Below the pieces are notes generated by a model. It was not told the DNA's origin and did no database searches. It saw only the letters and a program-made list of their open reading frames with translations. A program made the translations under genes and the position numbers. Of a stretch of 21,910 nucleotides of DNA, positions 6,839 to 20,414 are shown one piece after another. Source of the stretch: a virus (lineage: Duplodnaviria; Heunggongvirae; Uroviricota; Caudoviricetes); the IMG/VR virus record IMGVR_UViG_2579778884_000002; one strand, written 5' to 3'. How positions within the stretch are numbered: position 1 is the stretch's first letter; every line of letters begins with the position of its first letter.

Positions 6839-6949
6839 TTGATGATGCCTCTGTGTGAAATGACGGTAAACGACGCACTTGTGCCGGCACATAATAGCAA
6901 GCACCATAATAGATCAGATTCGATTCTTGCTGTAAGTGATAATTATTCT

Positions 6950-7160
6950 CGTTTTCGGGTCCTTTCCGTCGATCCAACAGGTTACGGGGCGGCGACCTCG
7001 CGGGTTTTCGCTATTTATGAAAATTTTCCGGTTTAAGGCGTTTCCGTTCTTCTTCGCCGTAACTTAATGTTTTTATTTAAAACACTCCCTGAAAAGAAAG
7101 GAAACGACAGGTGCTGAAAACGGGCTTTTTGGCCTCTGTCGTTTCCTTTCTCTGTTTTTG
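6950..7160 (+). other. cos: cos site region (cosQ-cosN-cosB) of a lambda-type packaging system; cosN cohesive-end sequence GGGCGGCGACCT at 6987-6998
   Basis: The 12-nt lambda cohesive-end sequence occurs at 6987-6998, flanked by sequence matching the recalled lambda right end (GGGTCCTTTCCG...ACAGGTTACG) and left end (CGCGGGTTTTCGCTATTTATGAAAATTTTCCGGTTTAAGGCGTTTCCGTTCTTCTTCG). Nu1 starts 178 bp downstream. Confidence 0.9.
7039..7153 (+). promoter_or_regulatory. cosB: terminase small-subunit binding sites R3, R2, R1 with an intervening A/T-rich IHF-type site
   Basis: CGTTTCC core repeated at 7039-7045 (R3) and 7140-7146 (R1), and inverted as GGAAACG at 7100-7106 (R2). A/T-rich stretch TAACTTAATGTTTTTATTTAAAAC lies between R3 and R2. 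Confidence 0.75.
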
Positions 7161-7175
7161 TCCGTGGAATGAACA

Positions 7176-7695
7176 ATGGAAGTCAACAAAAAGCAGCTGG
7201 CTGACATTTTCGGCGCGAGTATCCGTACTATTCAGAACTGGCAGGAGCAGGGAATGCCCGTTCTGCGAGGCGGTGGGAAGGGTAATGAGGTGCTTTATGA
7301 CTCTGCCGACGTCATAAAATGGTATGCCGAAAGGGATGCTGAAATTGAGAACGAAAAGCTGCGCCGGGAGGTTGAAGAACTGCGACAGGCCAGCGAGACA
7401 GATCTCCAGCCAGGGACTATTGAGTACGAACGCCATCGACTTACGCGTGCGCAGGCCGACGCACAGGAGCTGAAAAATGCCAGAGACTCCGCTGAAGTGG
7501 TGGAAACCGCATTCTGTACTTTCGTGCTGTCGCGGATCGCAGGTGAAATTGCCAGTATTCTCGACGGGATCCCCCTGTCGGTGCAGCGGCGTTTTCCGGA
7601 ACTGGAAAACCGACATGTTGATTTCCTGAAACGGGATATCATCAAAGCCATGAACAAAGCAGCCGCGCTGGATGAACTGATACCGGGGTTGCTGA

Positions 7696-7721
<26 letters not shown>
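7176..7721 (+). CDS. nu1: Terminase small subunit Nu1
   Basis: 181 aa, matching recalled lambda gpNu1 (MEVNKKQLADIFGASIRTIQNWQEQGMPV...), with the N-terminal winged-HTH DNA-binding region. Confidence 0.97.
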
Positions 7722-11402
<3,681 letters not shown>

Positions 11403-11422
<20 letters not shown>

Positions 11423-12722
11423 TCTCCCGCATATTGCCAGTATGGCCTTTAATGAGCCGCTGATGCTTGAACCCGCCTATGCGCGGGTTTTCTTTTGTGC
11501 GCTTGCAGGCCAGCTTGGGATCAGCCGCCTGACGGATGCGGTATCCGGCGACAGCCTGACTGCCGGAGAGGCACCCGCGGCGCTGGCGTTATCCGTTGAT
11601 GATGACGGACCACGACAGGCCCGCAGTTATCAGGTCATGAACGGCATCGCCGTGCTGCCGGTGTCCGGCACGCTGGTCAGTCGGACGCGAGCGCTGCAGC
11701 CGTATTCGGGGATGACCGGTTACAACGGCATTATCGCCCGTCTGCAACAGGCTGCCAGCGACCCGATGGTGGACGGCATTCTGCTCGATATGGATACGCC
11801 AGGCGGGATGGTGGCAGGGGCATTTGACTGCGCTGACATCATCGCCCGTGTGCGTGACATAAAGCCGGTATGGGCGCTGGCCAACGACATGAACTGCAGT
11901 GCAGGTCAGTTGCTTGCCAGCGCCGCCTCCCGACGTCTGGTCACGCAGACCGCCCGGACAGGCTCCATCGGCGTCATGATGGCTCACAGTAATTACGGTG
12001 CTGCGCTGGAGAAACAGGGCGTGGAAATCACGCTGATTTACAGCGGCAGCCATAAGGTGGATGGCAACCCCTACAGCCATCTACCGGATGATGTCCGGGA
12101 AACACTGCAGTCCCGGATGGATGCAACCCGCCGGATGTTTGCACAGAAGGTGTCGGCATATACCGGCCTGTCCGTGCAGGCTGTGCTGGATACCGAGGCT
12201 GCAGTGTACAGCGGTCAGGAGGCCATTGATGCCGGACTGGCTGATGAACTTGTTAACAGTACCGATGCGATCACCGTCATGCGTGATGCACTGGATGCAC
12301 GTAAATCCCGTCTCTCAGGAGGGCGAATGACCAAAGAGACTCAATCAACAACTGTTTCAGCCACTGCTTCGCAGGCTGACGTTACTGGCGTGGTGCCAGC
12401 GACGGAGGGCGAGAACGCCAGCGCTGCGCAGCCGGACGTGAACGCGCAGATCACCGCAGCGGTTGCGGCAGAAAACAGTCGCATTATGGGGATCCTCAAC
12501 TGTGAGGAAGCTCACGGACGCGAAGAACAGGCACGCGTGCTGGCCGAAACCCCTGGTATGACCGTGGAAACGGCCCGCCGCATTCTGGCAGTTGCACCAC
12601 AGAGTGCACAGGCGCGCAGTGACACTGCGCTGGATCGTCTGATGCAGGGGGCACCGGCACCGCTGGCTGCAGGTAACCTGGCATCTGATGCCGTTAACGA
12701 TTTGCTGAACACACCAGTGTAA
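11403..12722 (+). CDS. C: Head maturation protease / minor capsid protein C
   Basis: 439-aa product from the GTG at 11403 (VTAELRNLPHIASMAFNEPLML...), matching recalled lambda gpC. The longer ORF-track frame (from 11268) is an upstream extension overlapping B. Confidence 0.93.
12327..12722 (+). CDS. nu3: Scaffolding protein Nu3, nested in-frame in the 3' end of C
   Basis: In-frame ATG at 12327 preceded by the strong SD CAGGAGGG, giving a 131-aa product identical to the C-terminus of C. Another in-frame ATG at 12117 is an alternative start; I am not certain which matches the reference annotation. Confidence 0.6.
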   Translation: MTKETQSTTVSATASQADVTGVVPATEGENASAAQPDVNAQITAAVAAENSRIMGILNCEEAHGREEQARVLAETPGMTVETARRILAVAPQSAQARSDTALDRLMQGAPAPLAAGNLASDAVNDLLNTPV

Positions 12723-12731
12723 GGGATGTTT

Positions 12732-13064
12732 ATGACGAGCAAAGAAACCTTTACCCATTACCAGCCGCTGGGCAACAGTGACCCGGCTCATACCGCAACC
12801 GCGCCCGGCGGATTGAGTGCGAAAGCGCCTGCAATGACCCCGCTGATGCTGGACACCTCCAGCCGTAAGCTGGTTGCGTGGGATGGCACCACCGACGGTG
12901 CTGCCGTTGGCATTCTTGCGGTTGCTGCTGACCAGACCAGCACCACGCTGACGTTCTACAAGTCCGGCACGTTCCGTTATGAGGATGTGCTCTGGCCGGA
13001 GGCTGCCAGCGACGAGACGAAAAAACGGACCGCGTTTGCCGGAACGGCAATCAGCATCGTTTAA
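12732..13064 (+). CDS. D: Head decoration protein D
   Basis: 110 aa from the ATG at 12732 ([27 protein letters not shown]...), matching recalled lambda gpD. Confidence 0.97.
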   Translation: MTSKETFTHYQPLGNSDPAHTATAPGGLSAKAPAMTPLMLDTSSRKLVAWDGTTDGAAVGILAVAADQTSTTLTFYKSGTFRYEDVLWPEAASDETKKRTAFAGTAISIV

Positions 13065-13084
13065 CTTTACCCTTCATCACTAAA

Positions 13085-13106
13085 GGCCGCCTGTGCGGCT
13101 TTTTTT
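13085..13106 (+). terminator. Intrinsic terminator-like hairpin between D and E
   Basis: GGCCGC-ctgt-GCGGCT stem followed by TTTTTTT, 14 nt upstream of the E start codon. Confidence 0.45.
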
Positions 13107-13119
13107 ACGGGATTTTTTT

Positions 13120-14145
13120 ATGTCGATGTACACAACCGCCCAGCTGCTGGCGGCAAATGAGCAGAAATTTAAGTTTGATCCGCTGTTTCTGCGTCTCTTT
13201 TTCCGTGAGAGCTATCCCTTCACCACGGAGAAAGTCTATCTCTCACAAATTCCGGGACTGGTAAACATGGCGCTGTACGTTTCGCCGATTGTTTCCGGTG
13301 AGGTTATCCGTTCCCGTGGCGGCTCCACCTCTGAATTTACGCCGGGATATGTCAAGCCGAAGCATGAAGTGAATCCGCAGATGACCCTGCGTCGCCTGCC
13401 GGATGAAGATCCGCAGAATCTGGTGGACCCGGCTTACCGCCGCCGTCGCATCATCATGCAGAACATGCGTGACGAAGAGCTGGCCATTGCTCAGGTCGAA
13501 GAGATGCAGGCAGTTTCTGCCGTGCTTAAGGGCAAATACACCATGACCGGTGAAGCCTTCGATCCGGTTGAGGTGGATATGGGCCGCAGTGAGGAGAATA
13601 ACATCACGCAGTCCGGCGGCACGGAGTGGAGCAAGCGTGACAAGTCCACGTATGACCCGACCGACGATATCGAAGCCTACGCGCTGAACGCCAGCGGTGT
13701 GGTGAATATCATCGTGTTCGATCCGAAAGGCTGGGCGCTGTTCCGTTCCTTCAAAGCCGTCAAGGAGAAGCTGGATACCCGTCGTGGTTCTAATTCCGAG
13801 CTGGAGACAGCGGTGAAAGACCTGGGTAAAGCGGTGTCCTATAAGGGGATGTATGGCGATGTGGCCATCGTCGTGTATTCCGGACAGTACGTGGAAAACG
13901 GCGTCAAAAAGAACTTCCTGCCGGACAACACGATGGTGCTGGGGAACACTCAGGCACGCGGTCTGCGCACCTATGGCTGCATTCAGGATGCGGACGCACA
14001 GCTCGAAGGCATTAACGCCTCTGCCCGTTACCCGAAAAACTGGGTGACCACCGGCGATCCGGCGCGTGAGTTCACCATGATTCAGTCAGCACCGCTGATG
14101 CTGCTGGCTGACCCTGATGAGTTCGTGTCCGTACAACTGGCGTAA
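13120..14145 (+). CDS. E: Major capsid protein E
   Basis: 341 aa from the ATG at 13120 (MSMYTTAQLLAANEQKFKFDPLF...), matching recalled lambda gpE. Confidence 0.97.
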   Translation: MSMYTTAQLLAANEQKFKFDPLFLRLFFRESYPFTTEKVYLSQIPGLVNMALYVSPIVSGEVIRSRGGSTSEFTPGYVKPKHEVNPQMTLRRLPDEDPQNLVDPAYRRRRIIMQNMRDEELAIAQVEEMQAVSAVLKGKYTMTGEAFDPVEVDMGRSEENNITQSGGTEWSKRDKSTYDPTDDIEAYALNASGVVNIIVFDPKGWALFRSFKAVKEKLDTRRGSNSELETAVKDLGKAVSYKGMYGDVAIVVYSGQYVENGVKKNFLPDNTMVLGNTQARGLRTYGCIQDADAQLEGINASARYPKNWVTTGDPAREFTMIQSAPLMLLADPDEFVSVQLA

Positions 14146-14147
14146 TC

Positions 14148-14170
14148 ATGGCCCTTCGGGGCCATTGTTT
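14148..14170 (+). terminator. Stem-loop with UUCG tetraloop immediately after E (RNA stabiliser or partial terminator)
   Basis: ATGGCCC-ttcg-GGGCCAT perfect 7-bp stem with a TTCG loop, followed by the U-rich TGTTTCTCTG. Starts 3 nt after the E stop. Confidence 0.4.
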
Positions 14171-14186
14171 CTCTGTGGAGGAGTCC

Positions 14187-14585
14187 ATGACGAAAGATGA
14201 ACTGATTGCCCGTCTCCGCTCGCTGGGTGAACAACTGAACCGTGATGTCAGCCTGACGGGGACGAAAGAAGAACTGGCGCTCCGTGTGGCAGAGCTGGAA
14301 GAGGAGCTTGATGACACGGATGAAACTGCCGGTCAGGACACCCCTCTCAGCCGGGAAAATGTGCTGACCGGACATGAAAATGAGGTGGGATCAGCGCAGC
14401 CGGATACCGTGATTCTGGATACGTCTGAACTGGTCACGGTCGTGGCACTGGTGACGCTGCATACTGATGCACTTCACGCCACGCGGGATGAACCTGTGGC
14501 ATTTGTGCTTCCGGGAACGGCGTTCCGTGTCTCTGCCGGTGTGGCAGCCGAAATGACAGAACGTGGCCTGGCCAGAATGCAATAA
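14187..14585 (+). CDS. FI: DNA-packaging protein FI
   Basis: 132 aa from the ATG at 14187 (GGAGG upstream), matching recalled lambda gpFI. Confidence 0.95.
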   Translation: MTKDELIARLRSLGEQLNRDVSLTGTKEELALRVAELEEELDDTDETAGQDTPLSRENVLTGHENEVGSAQPDTVILDTSELVTVVALVTLHTDALHATRDEPVAFVLPGTAFRVSAGVAAEMTERGLARMQ

Positions 14586-14596
14586 CGGGAGGCGCT

Positions 14597-14950
14597 GTGG
14601 CTGATTTCGATAACCTGTTCGATGCTGCCATTGTCCGCGCCGATGAAACGATACGCGGGTACATGGGAACGTCAGCCACCATGACATCCGGTGAGCAGTC
14701 CGGCGCAGTAATACGTGGTGTTTTTGATGACCCTGAAAATATCAGCTATGCCGGACAGGGCGTGCGCGTTGAAGGCTCCAGCCCGTCCCTGTTTGTCCGG
14801 ACTGATGATGTGCGGCAGCTGCGGCGCGGCGACACGCTGACCATCGGTGAGGAAAACTTCTGGATAGACCGGATTTCGACGGATGATGGCGGAAGCTGTC
14901 ATCTCTGGCTTGGGCGTGGCGTGCCGCCTGCCGTTAACCGTCGTCGCTGA
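14597..14950 (+). CDS. FII: Head-tail joining protein FII
   Basis: 117 aa, GTG start, matching recalled lambda gpFII (MADFDNLFDAAI...). Confidence 0.95.
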   Translation: MADFDNLFDAAIVRADETIRGYMGTSATMTSGEQSGAVIRGVFDDPENISYAGQGVRVEGSSPSLFVRTDDVRQLRRGDTLTIGEENFWIDRISTDDGGSCHLWLGRGVPPAVNRRR

Positions 14951-14961
14951 AGGGGGGATGT

Positions 14962-15540
14962 ATGGCCATAAAAGGTCTTGAGCAGGCCGTTGAAAACCTC
15001 AGCCGTATCAGCAGAACGGCGGTGCCCGGTGCCGCCGCAATGGCCATTAACCGCGTTGCTTCATCCGCGATATCGCAGTCGGCGTCACAGGTTGCCCGTG
15101 AGACAAAGGTACGCCGGAAACTGGTAAAGGAAAGGGCCAGGCTGAAAAGGGCCACGGTCAAAAATCCGCAGGCCAGAATCAAGGTTAACCGGGGGGATTT
15201 GCCCGTAATCAGGCTGGGTAACGCGCGGGTTGTCCTGTCCCGACGCAGGCGTCGTAAAAAGGGGCAGCGTTCATCCCTGAAAGGTGGCGACAGCGTGCTT
15301 GTGGTGGGAAACCGTCGTATTCCCGGCGCGTTTATTCAGCAACTGAAAAATGGCCGATGGCATGTCATGCAGCGTGTGGCCGGGAAAAACCGTTACCCCA
15401 TTGATGTGGTGAAAATCCCGATGGCAGTGCCGCTGACCACGGCGTTTAAACAGAATATTGAGCGGATACGGCGTGAACGTCTTCCGAAAGAGCTGGGCTA
15501 TGCGCTGCAGCATCAACTGAGGATGGTAATAAAGCGATGA
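14962..15540 (+). CDS. Z: Tail completion protein Z
   Basis: 192 aa, matching recalled lambda gpZ. Confidence 0.95.
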   Translation: MAIKGLEQAVENLSRISRTAVPGAAAMAINRVASSAISQSASQVARETKVRRKLVKERARLKRATVKNPQARIKVNRGDLPVIRLGNARVVLSRRRRRKKGQRSSLKGGDSVLVVGNRRIPGAFIQQLKNGRWHVMQRVAGKNRYPIDVVKIPMAVPLTTAFKQNIERIRRERLPKELGYALQHQLRMVIKR

Positions 15541-15932
15541 AACATACAGAACTCCGTGCAGCCGTACTGGATGCACTGGAAAAACATGACACCGGGGCGA
15601 CGCTTTTTGATGGTCGCCCCGCTGTTTTTGATGAGGAGGATTTTCCGGCAGTTGCCGTTTATCTCACCGGCGCTGAATACACGGGCGAAGAGCTGGACAG
15701 CGATACCTGGCAGGCGGAGCTGCATATTGAAGTTTTCCTGCCTGCTCAGGTGCCGGATTCAGAGCTGGATTCGTGGATGGAGTCCCGGATTTATCCGGTG
15801 ATGAGCGATGTCCCGGCACTGTCAGATTTGATCACCAGTATGGTGGCCAGTGGCTATGACTACCGGCGCGACGATGATGCGGGCCTGTGGAGTTCAGCCG
15901 ATCTGACTTATGTCATTACCTATGAAATGTGA
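15537..15932 (+). CDS. U: Tail terminator protein U
   Basis: 131 aa, matching recalled lambda gpU. ATGA overlap with the Z stop. Confidence 0.95.
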   Translation: MKHTELRAAVLDALEKHDTGATLFDGRPAVFDEEDFPAVAVYLTGAEYTGEELDSDTWQAELHIEVFLPAQVPDSELDSWMESRIYPVMSDVPALSDLITSMVASGYDYRRDDDAGLWSSADLTYVITYEM

Positions 15933-15939
15933 GGACGAT

Positions 15940-16680
15940 ATGCCTGTACCAAATCCAGTAATGCCGGTGAAAGGGGCCGGGACCACCCTGTGGGTTTATA
16001 AGGGGAACGGTGACCCTTATGCGAACCCGCTTTCAGACGTTGACTGGTCGCGTCTGGCTAAAGTTAAAGACCTGACGCCCGGCGAACTGAGCGCTGAGTC
16101 CTATGACGACAGCTATCTCGATGATGAAGATGCGGACTGGACTGCGACCGGGCAGGGGCAGAAATCTGCCGGAGATACCAGCTTCACGCTGGCGTGGATG
16201 CCCGGAGAGCAGGGGCAGCAGGCGCTGCTGGCGTGGTTTAATGAAGGGGATACCCGTGCCTATAAAATCCGCTTCCCGAACGGCACGGTCGATGTGTTCC
16301 GCGGCTGGGTCAGCAGTATCGGTAAGGCGGTGACGGCGAAGGAAGTGATCACCCGCACGGTGAAAGTCACCAACGTGGGACGTCCGTCGATGGCAGAAGA
16401 TCGCAGCACGGTGACGGCGACAACCGGCATGACGGTGACACCCGCCAGTGCTTCCGTAGTGAAAGGGCAGAGCACTACGCTGACCGTGGCATTCCAGCCG
16501 GAGGGCGCAACCGACAAGAGCTTCCGTGCGGTGTCTGCGGATAAAACAAAAGCCACCGTGTCGGTCAGCGGTATGACCATCACCGTGAACGGCGTTGCTG
16601 CAGGCAAGGTCAACATTCCGGTTGTATCCGGTAATGGTGAGTTTGCTGCGGTTGCAGAAATCACCGTCACCGCCAGTTAA
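15940..16680 (+). CDS. V: Major tail tube protein V
   Basis: 246 aa from the ATG at 15940 ([22 protein letters not shown]...), matching recalled lambda gpV, including the C-terminal Ig-like domain. Confidence 0.97.
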   Translation: MPVPNPVMPVKGAGTTLWVYKGNGDPYANPLSDVDWSRLAKVKDLTPGELSAESYDDSYLDDEDADWTATGQGQKSAGDTSFTLAWMPGEQGQQALLAWFNEGDTRAYKIRFPNGTVDVFRGWVSSIGKAVTAKEVITRTVKVTNVGRPSMAEDRSTVTATTGMTVTPASASVVKGQSTTLTVAFQPEGATDKSFRAVSADKTKATVSVSGMTITVNGVAAGKVNIPVVSGNGEFAAVAEITVTAS

Positions 16681-16695
16681 TCCGGAGAGTCAGCG

Positions 16696-17118
16696 ATGTT
16701 CCTGAAAACCGAATCATTTGAATATAACGGCGTGACCGTCACGCTTTCTGAACTGTCAGCCCTGCAGCGTATTGAGCATCTTGCCCTGATGAAACGGCAG
16801 GCAGAACCGGCGGGATCCGACAGCAACCGGCAGGTTACTGTGGAAGACGTCATCAGAACCGGCGCGTTTCTGGTGGCGATGTCCCTGTGGCATAACCATC
16901 CGAAGAAGACGCAGATGCCGTCCATGAATGAAGCCGTTAAACAGATTGAGCAGGAAGTGCTTACCACCTGGCCCACAGAGGCAATTTCTCATGCTGAAAA
17001 CGTGGTGTACCGGCTGTCCGGTATGTATGAGTTTGTGGTGAATAATGCCCCCGAACAGGCAGAGGACGCCGGGCCTGCAGAGCCTGTTTCTGCGGGAAAG
17101 TGTTCGACGGTGAGCTGA
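16696..17118 (+). CDS. G: Tail assembly chaperone G
   Basis: 140 aa, matching recalled lambda gpG. Confidence 0.95.
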   Translation: MFLKTESFEYNGVTVTLSELSALQRIEHLALMKRQAEPAGSDSNRQVTVEDVIRTGAFLVAMSLWHNHPKKTQMPSMNEAVKQIEQEVLTTWPTEAISHAENVVYRLSGMYEFVVNNAPEQAEDAGPAEPVSAGKCSTVS

Positions 17119-17534
17119 GTTTTGCCCTGAAACTGGCGCGTGAGATGGGGCGACCCGACTGGCGTGCCATGCTTGCCGGGATGTCATCCACGGAGTATGC
17201 CGACTGGCACCGCTTTTACAGTACCCATTATTTTCATGATGTTCTGCTGGATATGCACTTTTCCGGGCTGACGTACACCGTGCTCAGCCTGTTTTTCAGC
17301 GATCCGGATATGCATCCGCTGGATTTCAGTCTGCTGAACCGGCGCGAGGCTGACGAAGAGCCTGAAGATGATGTGCTGATGCAGAAAGCGGCAGGGCTTG
17401 CCGGAGGTGTCCGCTTTGGCCCGGACGGGAATGAAGTTATCCCCGCTTCCCCGGATGTGGCGGACATGACGGAGGATGACGTAATGCTGATGACAGTATC
17501 AGAAGGGATCGCAGGAGGAGTCCGGTATGGCTGA
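16696..17534 (+). CDS. T: Tail assembly chaperone G-T fusion produced by -1 programmed ribosomal frameshift at G GGA AAG (17094-17100)
   Basis: The slippery heptamer GGGAAAG lies in the G zero frame (GCG GGA AAG). The -1 frame continues open from it to 17534, encoding the gpT-like sequence (FDGELSFALKLAREMGRPDWRAMLAGMSS...). This matches the known lambda G/GT arrangement. Confidence 0.9.
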
Positions 17535-20088
17535 ACCGGTAGGCGATCTGGTCGTTGATTTGAGTCTGGATGCGGCCAGATTTGACGAGCAGATGGCCAG
17601 AGTCAGGCGTCATTTTTCCGGTACGGAAAGTGATGCGAAAAAAACAGCGGCAGTCGTTGAACAGTCGCTGAGCCGACAGGCGCTGGCTGCACAGAAAGCG
17701 GGGATTTCCGTCGGGCAGTATAAAGCCGCCATGCGTATGCTGCCTGCACAGTTCACCGACGTGGCCACGCAGCTTGCAGGCGGGCAAAGTCCGTGGCTGA
17801 TCCTGCTGCAACAGGGGGGGCAGGTGAAGGACTCCTTCGGCGGGATGATCCCCATGTTCAGGGGGCTTGCCGGTGCGATCACCCTGCCGATGGTGGGGGC
17901 CACCTCGCTGGCGGTGGCGACCGGTGCGCTGGCGTATGCCTGGTATCAGGGCAACTCAACCCTGTCCGATTTCAACAAAACGCTGGTCCTTTCCGGCAAT
18001 CAGGCGGGTCTGACGGCAGATCGTATGCTGGTCCTGTCCAGAGCCGGGCAGGCGGCAGGGCTGACGTTTAACCAGACCAGCGAGTCACTCAGCGCACTGG
18101 TTAAGGCGGGGGTAAGCGGTGAGGCTCAGATTGCGTCCATCAGCCAGAGTGTGGCGCGTTTCTCCTCTGCATCCGGCGTGGAGGTGGACAAGGTCGCTGA
18201 AGCCTTCGGGAAGCTGACCACAGACCCGACGTCGGGGCTGACGGCGATGGCACGCCAGTTCCATAACGTGACGGCGGAGCAGATTGCGTATGTTGCTCAG
18301 TTGCAGCGTTCCGGCGATGAAGCCGGGGCATTGCAGGCGGCGAACGAGGCCGCAACGAAAGGGTTTGATGACCAGACCCGCCGCCTGAAAGAGAACATGG
18401 GCACGCTGGAGACCTGGGCAGACAGGACTGCGCGGGCATTCAAATCCATGTGGGATGCGGTGCTGGATATTGGTCGTCCTGATACCGCGCAGGAGATGCT
18501 GATTAAGGCAGAGGCTGCGTTTAAGAAAGCAGACGACATCTGGAATCTGCGCAAGGATGATTATTTTGTTAACGATGAAGCGCGGGCGCGTTACTGGGAT
18601 GATCGTGAAAAGGCCCGTCTTGCGCTTGAAGCCGCCCGAAAGAAGGCTGAACAGCAGAGTCAACAGGACAAAAATGCGCAGCAGCAGAGCGATACCGAAG
18701 CGTCACGGCTGAAATATACCGAAGAGGCGCAGAAGGCTTACGAACGGCTGCAGACGCCGCTGGAGAAATATGCCGCCCGTCAGGAAGAACTGAATAAGGC
18801 CCTGAAAGACGGAAAAATCCTGCAGGCAGATTACAACACGCTGATGGCGGCAGCGAAAAAGGACTATGAAACGACACTGAAAAAGCCGAAGCAGTCCGGC
18901 GTGAAGGTGTCTGCGGGCGATCGTCAGGAAGACAGTGCTCATGCTGCCCTGCTGACGCTTCAGGCTGAACTCCGGACGCTGGAGAAGCATGCCGGAGCAA
19001 ATGAGAAAATCAGCCAGCAGCGCCGGGATTTGTGGAAGGCGGAGAGTCAGTTCGCGGTACTGGAGGAGGCGGCGCAACGTCGCCAGCTGTCTGTACAGGA
19101 GAAATCCCTGCTGGCGCATAAAGATGAGACGCTGGAGTACAAACGCCAGCTGGCTGCACTTGGCGACAAGGTTACGTATCAGGAGCGCCTGAACGCGCTG
19201 GCGCAGCAGGCGGATAAATTCGCACAGCAGCAACGGGCAAAACGGGCCGCCATTGATGCGAAAAGCCGGGGGCTGACTGACCGGCAGGCAGAACGGGAAG
19301 CCACGGAACAGCGCCTGAAGGAACAGTATGGCGATAATCCGCTGGCGCTGAATAACGTCATGTCAGAGCAGAAAAAGACCTGGGCGGCTGAAGACCAGCT
19401 TCGCGGGAACTGGATGGCAGGCCTGAAGTCCGGCTGGAGTGAGTGGGAAGAGAGCGCCACGGACAGTATGTCGCAGGTAAAAAGTGCAGCCACGCAGACC
19501 TTTGATGGTATTGCACAGAATATGGCGGCGATGCTGACCGGCAGTGAGCAGAACTGGCGCAGCTTCACCCGTTCCGTGCTGTCCATGATGACAGAAATTC
19601 TGCTTAAGCAGGCAATGGTGGGGATTGTCGGGAGTATCGGCAGCGCCATTGGCGGGGCTGTTGGTGGCGGCGCATCCGCGTCAGGCGGTACAGCCATTCA
19701 GGCCGCTGCGGCGAAATTCCATTTTGCAACCGGAGGATTTACGGGAACCGGCGGCAAATATGAGCCAGCGGGGATTGTTCACCGTGGTGAGTTTGTCTTC
19801 ACGAAGGAGGCAACCAGCCGGATTGGCGTGGGGAATCTTTACCGGCTGATGCGCGGCTATGCCACCGGCGGTTATGTCGGTACACCGGGCAGCATGGCAG
19901 ACAGCCGGTCGCAGGCGTCCGGGACGTTTGAGCAGAATAACCATGTGGTGATTAACAACGACGGCACGAACGGGCAGATAGGTCCGGCTGCTCTGAAGGC
20001 GGTGTATGACATGGCCCGCAAGGGTGCCCGTGATGAAATTCAGACACAGATGCGTGATGGTGGCCTGTTCTCCGGAGGTGGACGATGA
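17527..20088 (+). CDS. H: Tail tape measure protein H
   Basis: 853 aa, matching recalled lambda gpH. Start overlaps the end of the T frame. Confidence 0.97.
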   Translation: MAEPVGDLVVDLSLDAARFDEQMARVRRHFSGTESDAKKTAAVVEQSLSRQALAAQKAGISVGQYKAAMRMLPAQFTDVATQLAGGQSPWLILLQQGGQVKDSFGGMIPMFRGLAGAITLPMVGATSLAVATGALAYAWYQGNSTLSDFNKTLVLSGNQAGLTADRMLVLSRAGQAAGLTFNQTSESLSALVKAGVSGEAQIASISQSVARFSSASGVEVDKVAEAFGKLTTDPTSGLTAMARQFHNVTAEQIAYVAQLQRSGDEAGALQAANEAATKGFDDQTRRLKENMGTLETWADRTARAFKSMWDAVLDIGRPDTAQEMLIKAEAAFKKADDIWNLRKDDYFVNDEARARYWDDREKARLALEAARKKAEQQSQQDKNAQQQSDTEASRLKYTEEAQKAYERLQTPLEKYAARQEELNKALKDGKILQADYNTLMAAAKKDYETTLKKPKQSGVKVSAGDRQEDSAHAALLTLQAELRTLEKHAGANEKISQQRRDLWKAESQFAVLEEAAQRRQLSVQEKSLLAHKDETLEYKRQLAALGDKVTYQERLNALAQQADKFAQQQRAKRAAIDAKSRGLTDRQAEREATEQRLKEQYGDNPLALNNVMSEQKKTWAAEDQLRGNWMAGLKSGWSEWEESATDSMSQVKSAATQTFDGIAQNMAAMLTGSEQNWRSFTRSVLSMMTEILLKQAMVGIVGSIGSAIGGAVGGGASASGGTAIQAAAAKFHFATGGFTGTGGKYEPAGIVHRGEFVFTKEATSRIGVGNLYRLMRGYATGGYVGTPGSMADSRSQASGTFEQNNHVVINNDGTNGQIGPAALKAVYDMARKGARDEIQTQMRDGGLFSGGGR

Positions 20089-20414
20089 AGACCTTCCGCT
20101 GGAAAGTGAAACCCGGTATGGATGTGGCTTCGGTCCCTTCTGTAAGAAAGGTGCGCTTTGGTGATGGCTATTCTCAGCGAGCGCCTGCCGGGCTGAATGC
20201 CAACCTGAAAACGTACAGCGTGACGCTTTCTGTCCCCCGTGAGGAGGCCACGGTACTGGAGTCGTTTCTGGAAGAGCACGGGGGCTGGAAATCCTTTCTG
20301 TGGACGCCGCCTTATGAGTGGCAGCAGATAAAGGTGACCTGCGCAAAATGGTCGTCGCGGGTCAGTATGCTGCGTGTTGAGTTCAGCGCAGAGTTTGAAC
20401 AGGTGGTGAACTGA
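20085..20414 (+). CDS. M: Minor tail protein M
   Basis: 109 aa, matching recalled lambda gpM. Confidence 0.95.
   Translation: MKTFRWKVKPGMDVASVPSVRKVRFGDGYSQRAPAGLNANLKTYSVTLSVPREEATVLESFLEEHGGWKSFLWTPPYEWQQIKVTCAKWSSRVSMLRVEFSAEFEQVVN

Noticed and set aside
6839-7036. 65-aa plus-strand ORF spanning cosN.
   Set aside because: It crosses the cohesive-end cleavage site and would be interrupted in virion DNA. No ribosome-binding site. Likely spurious.
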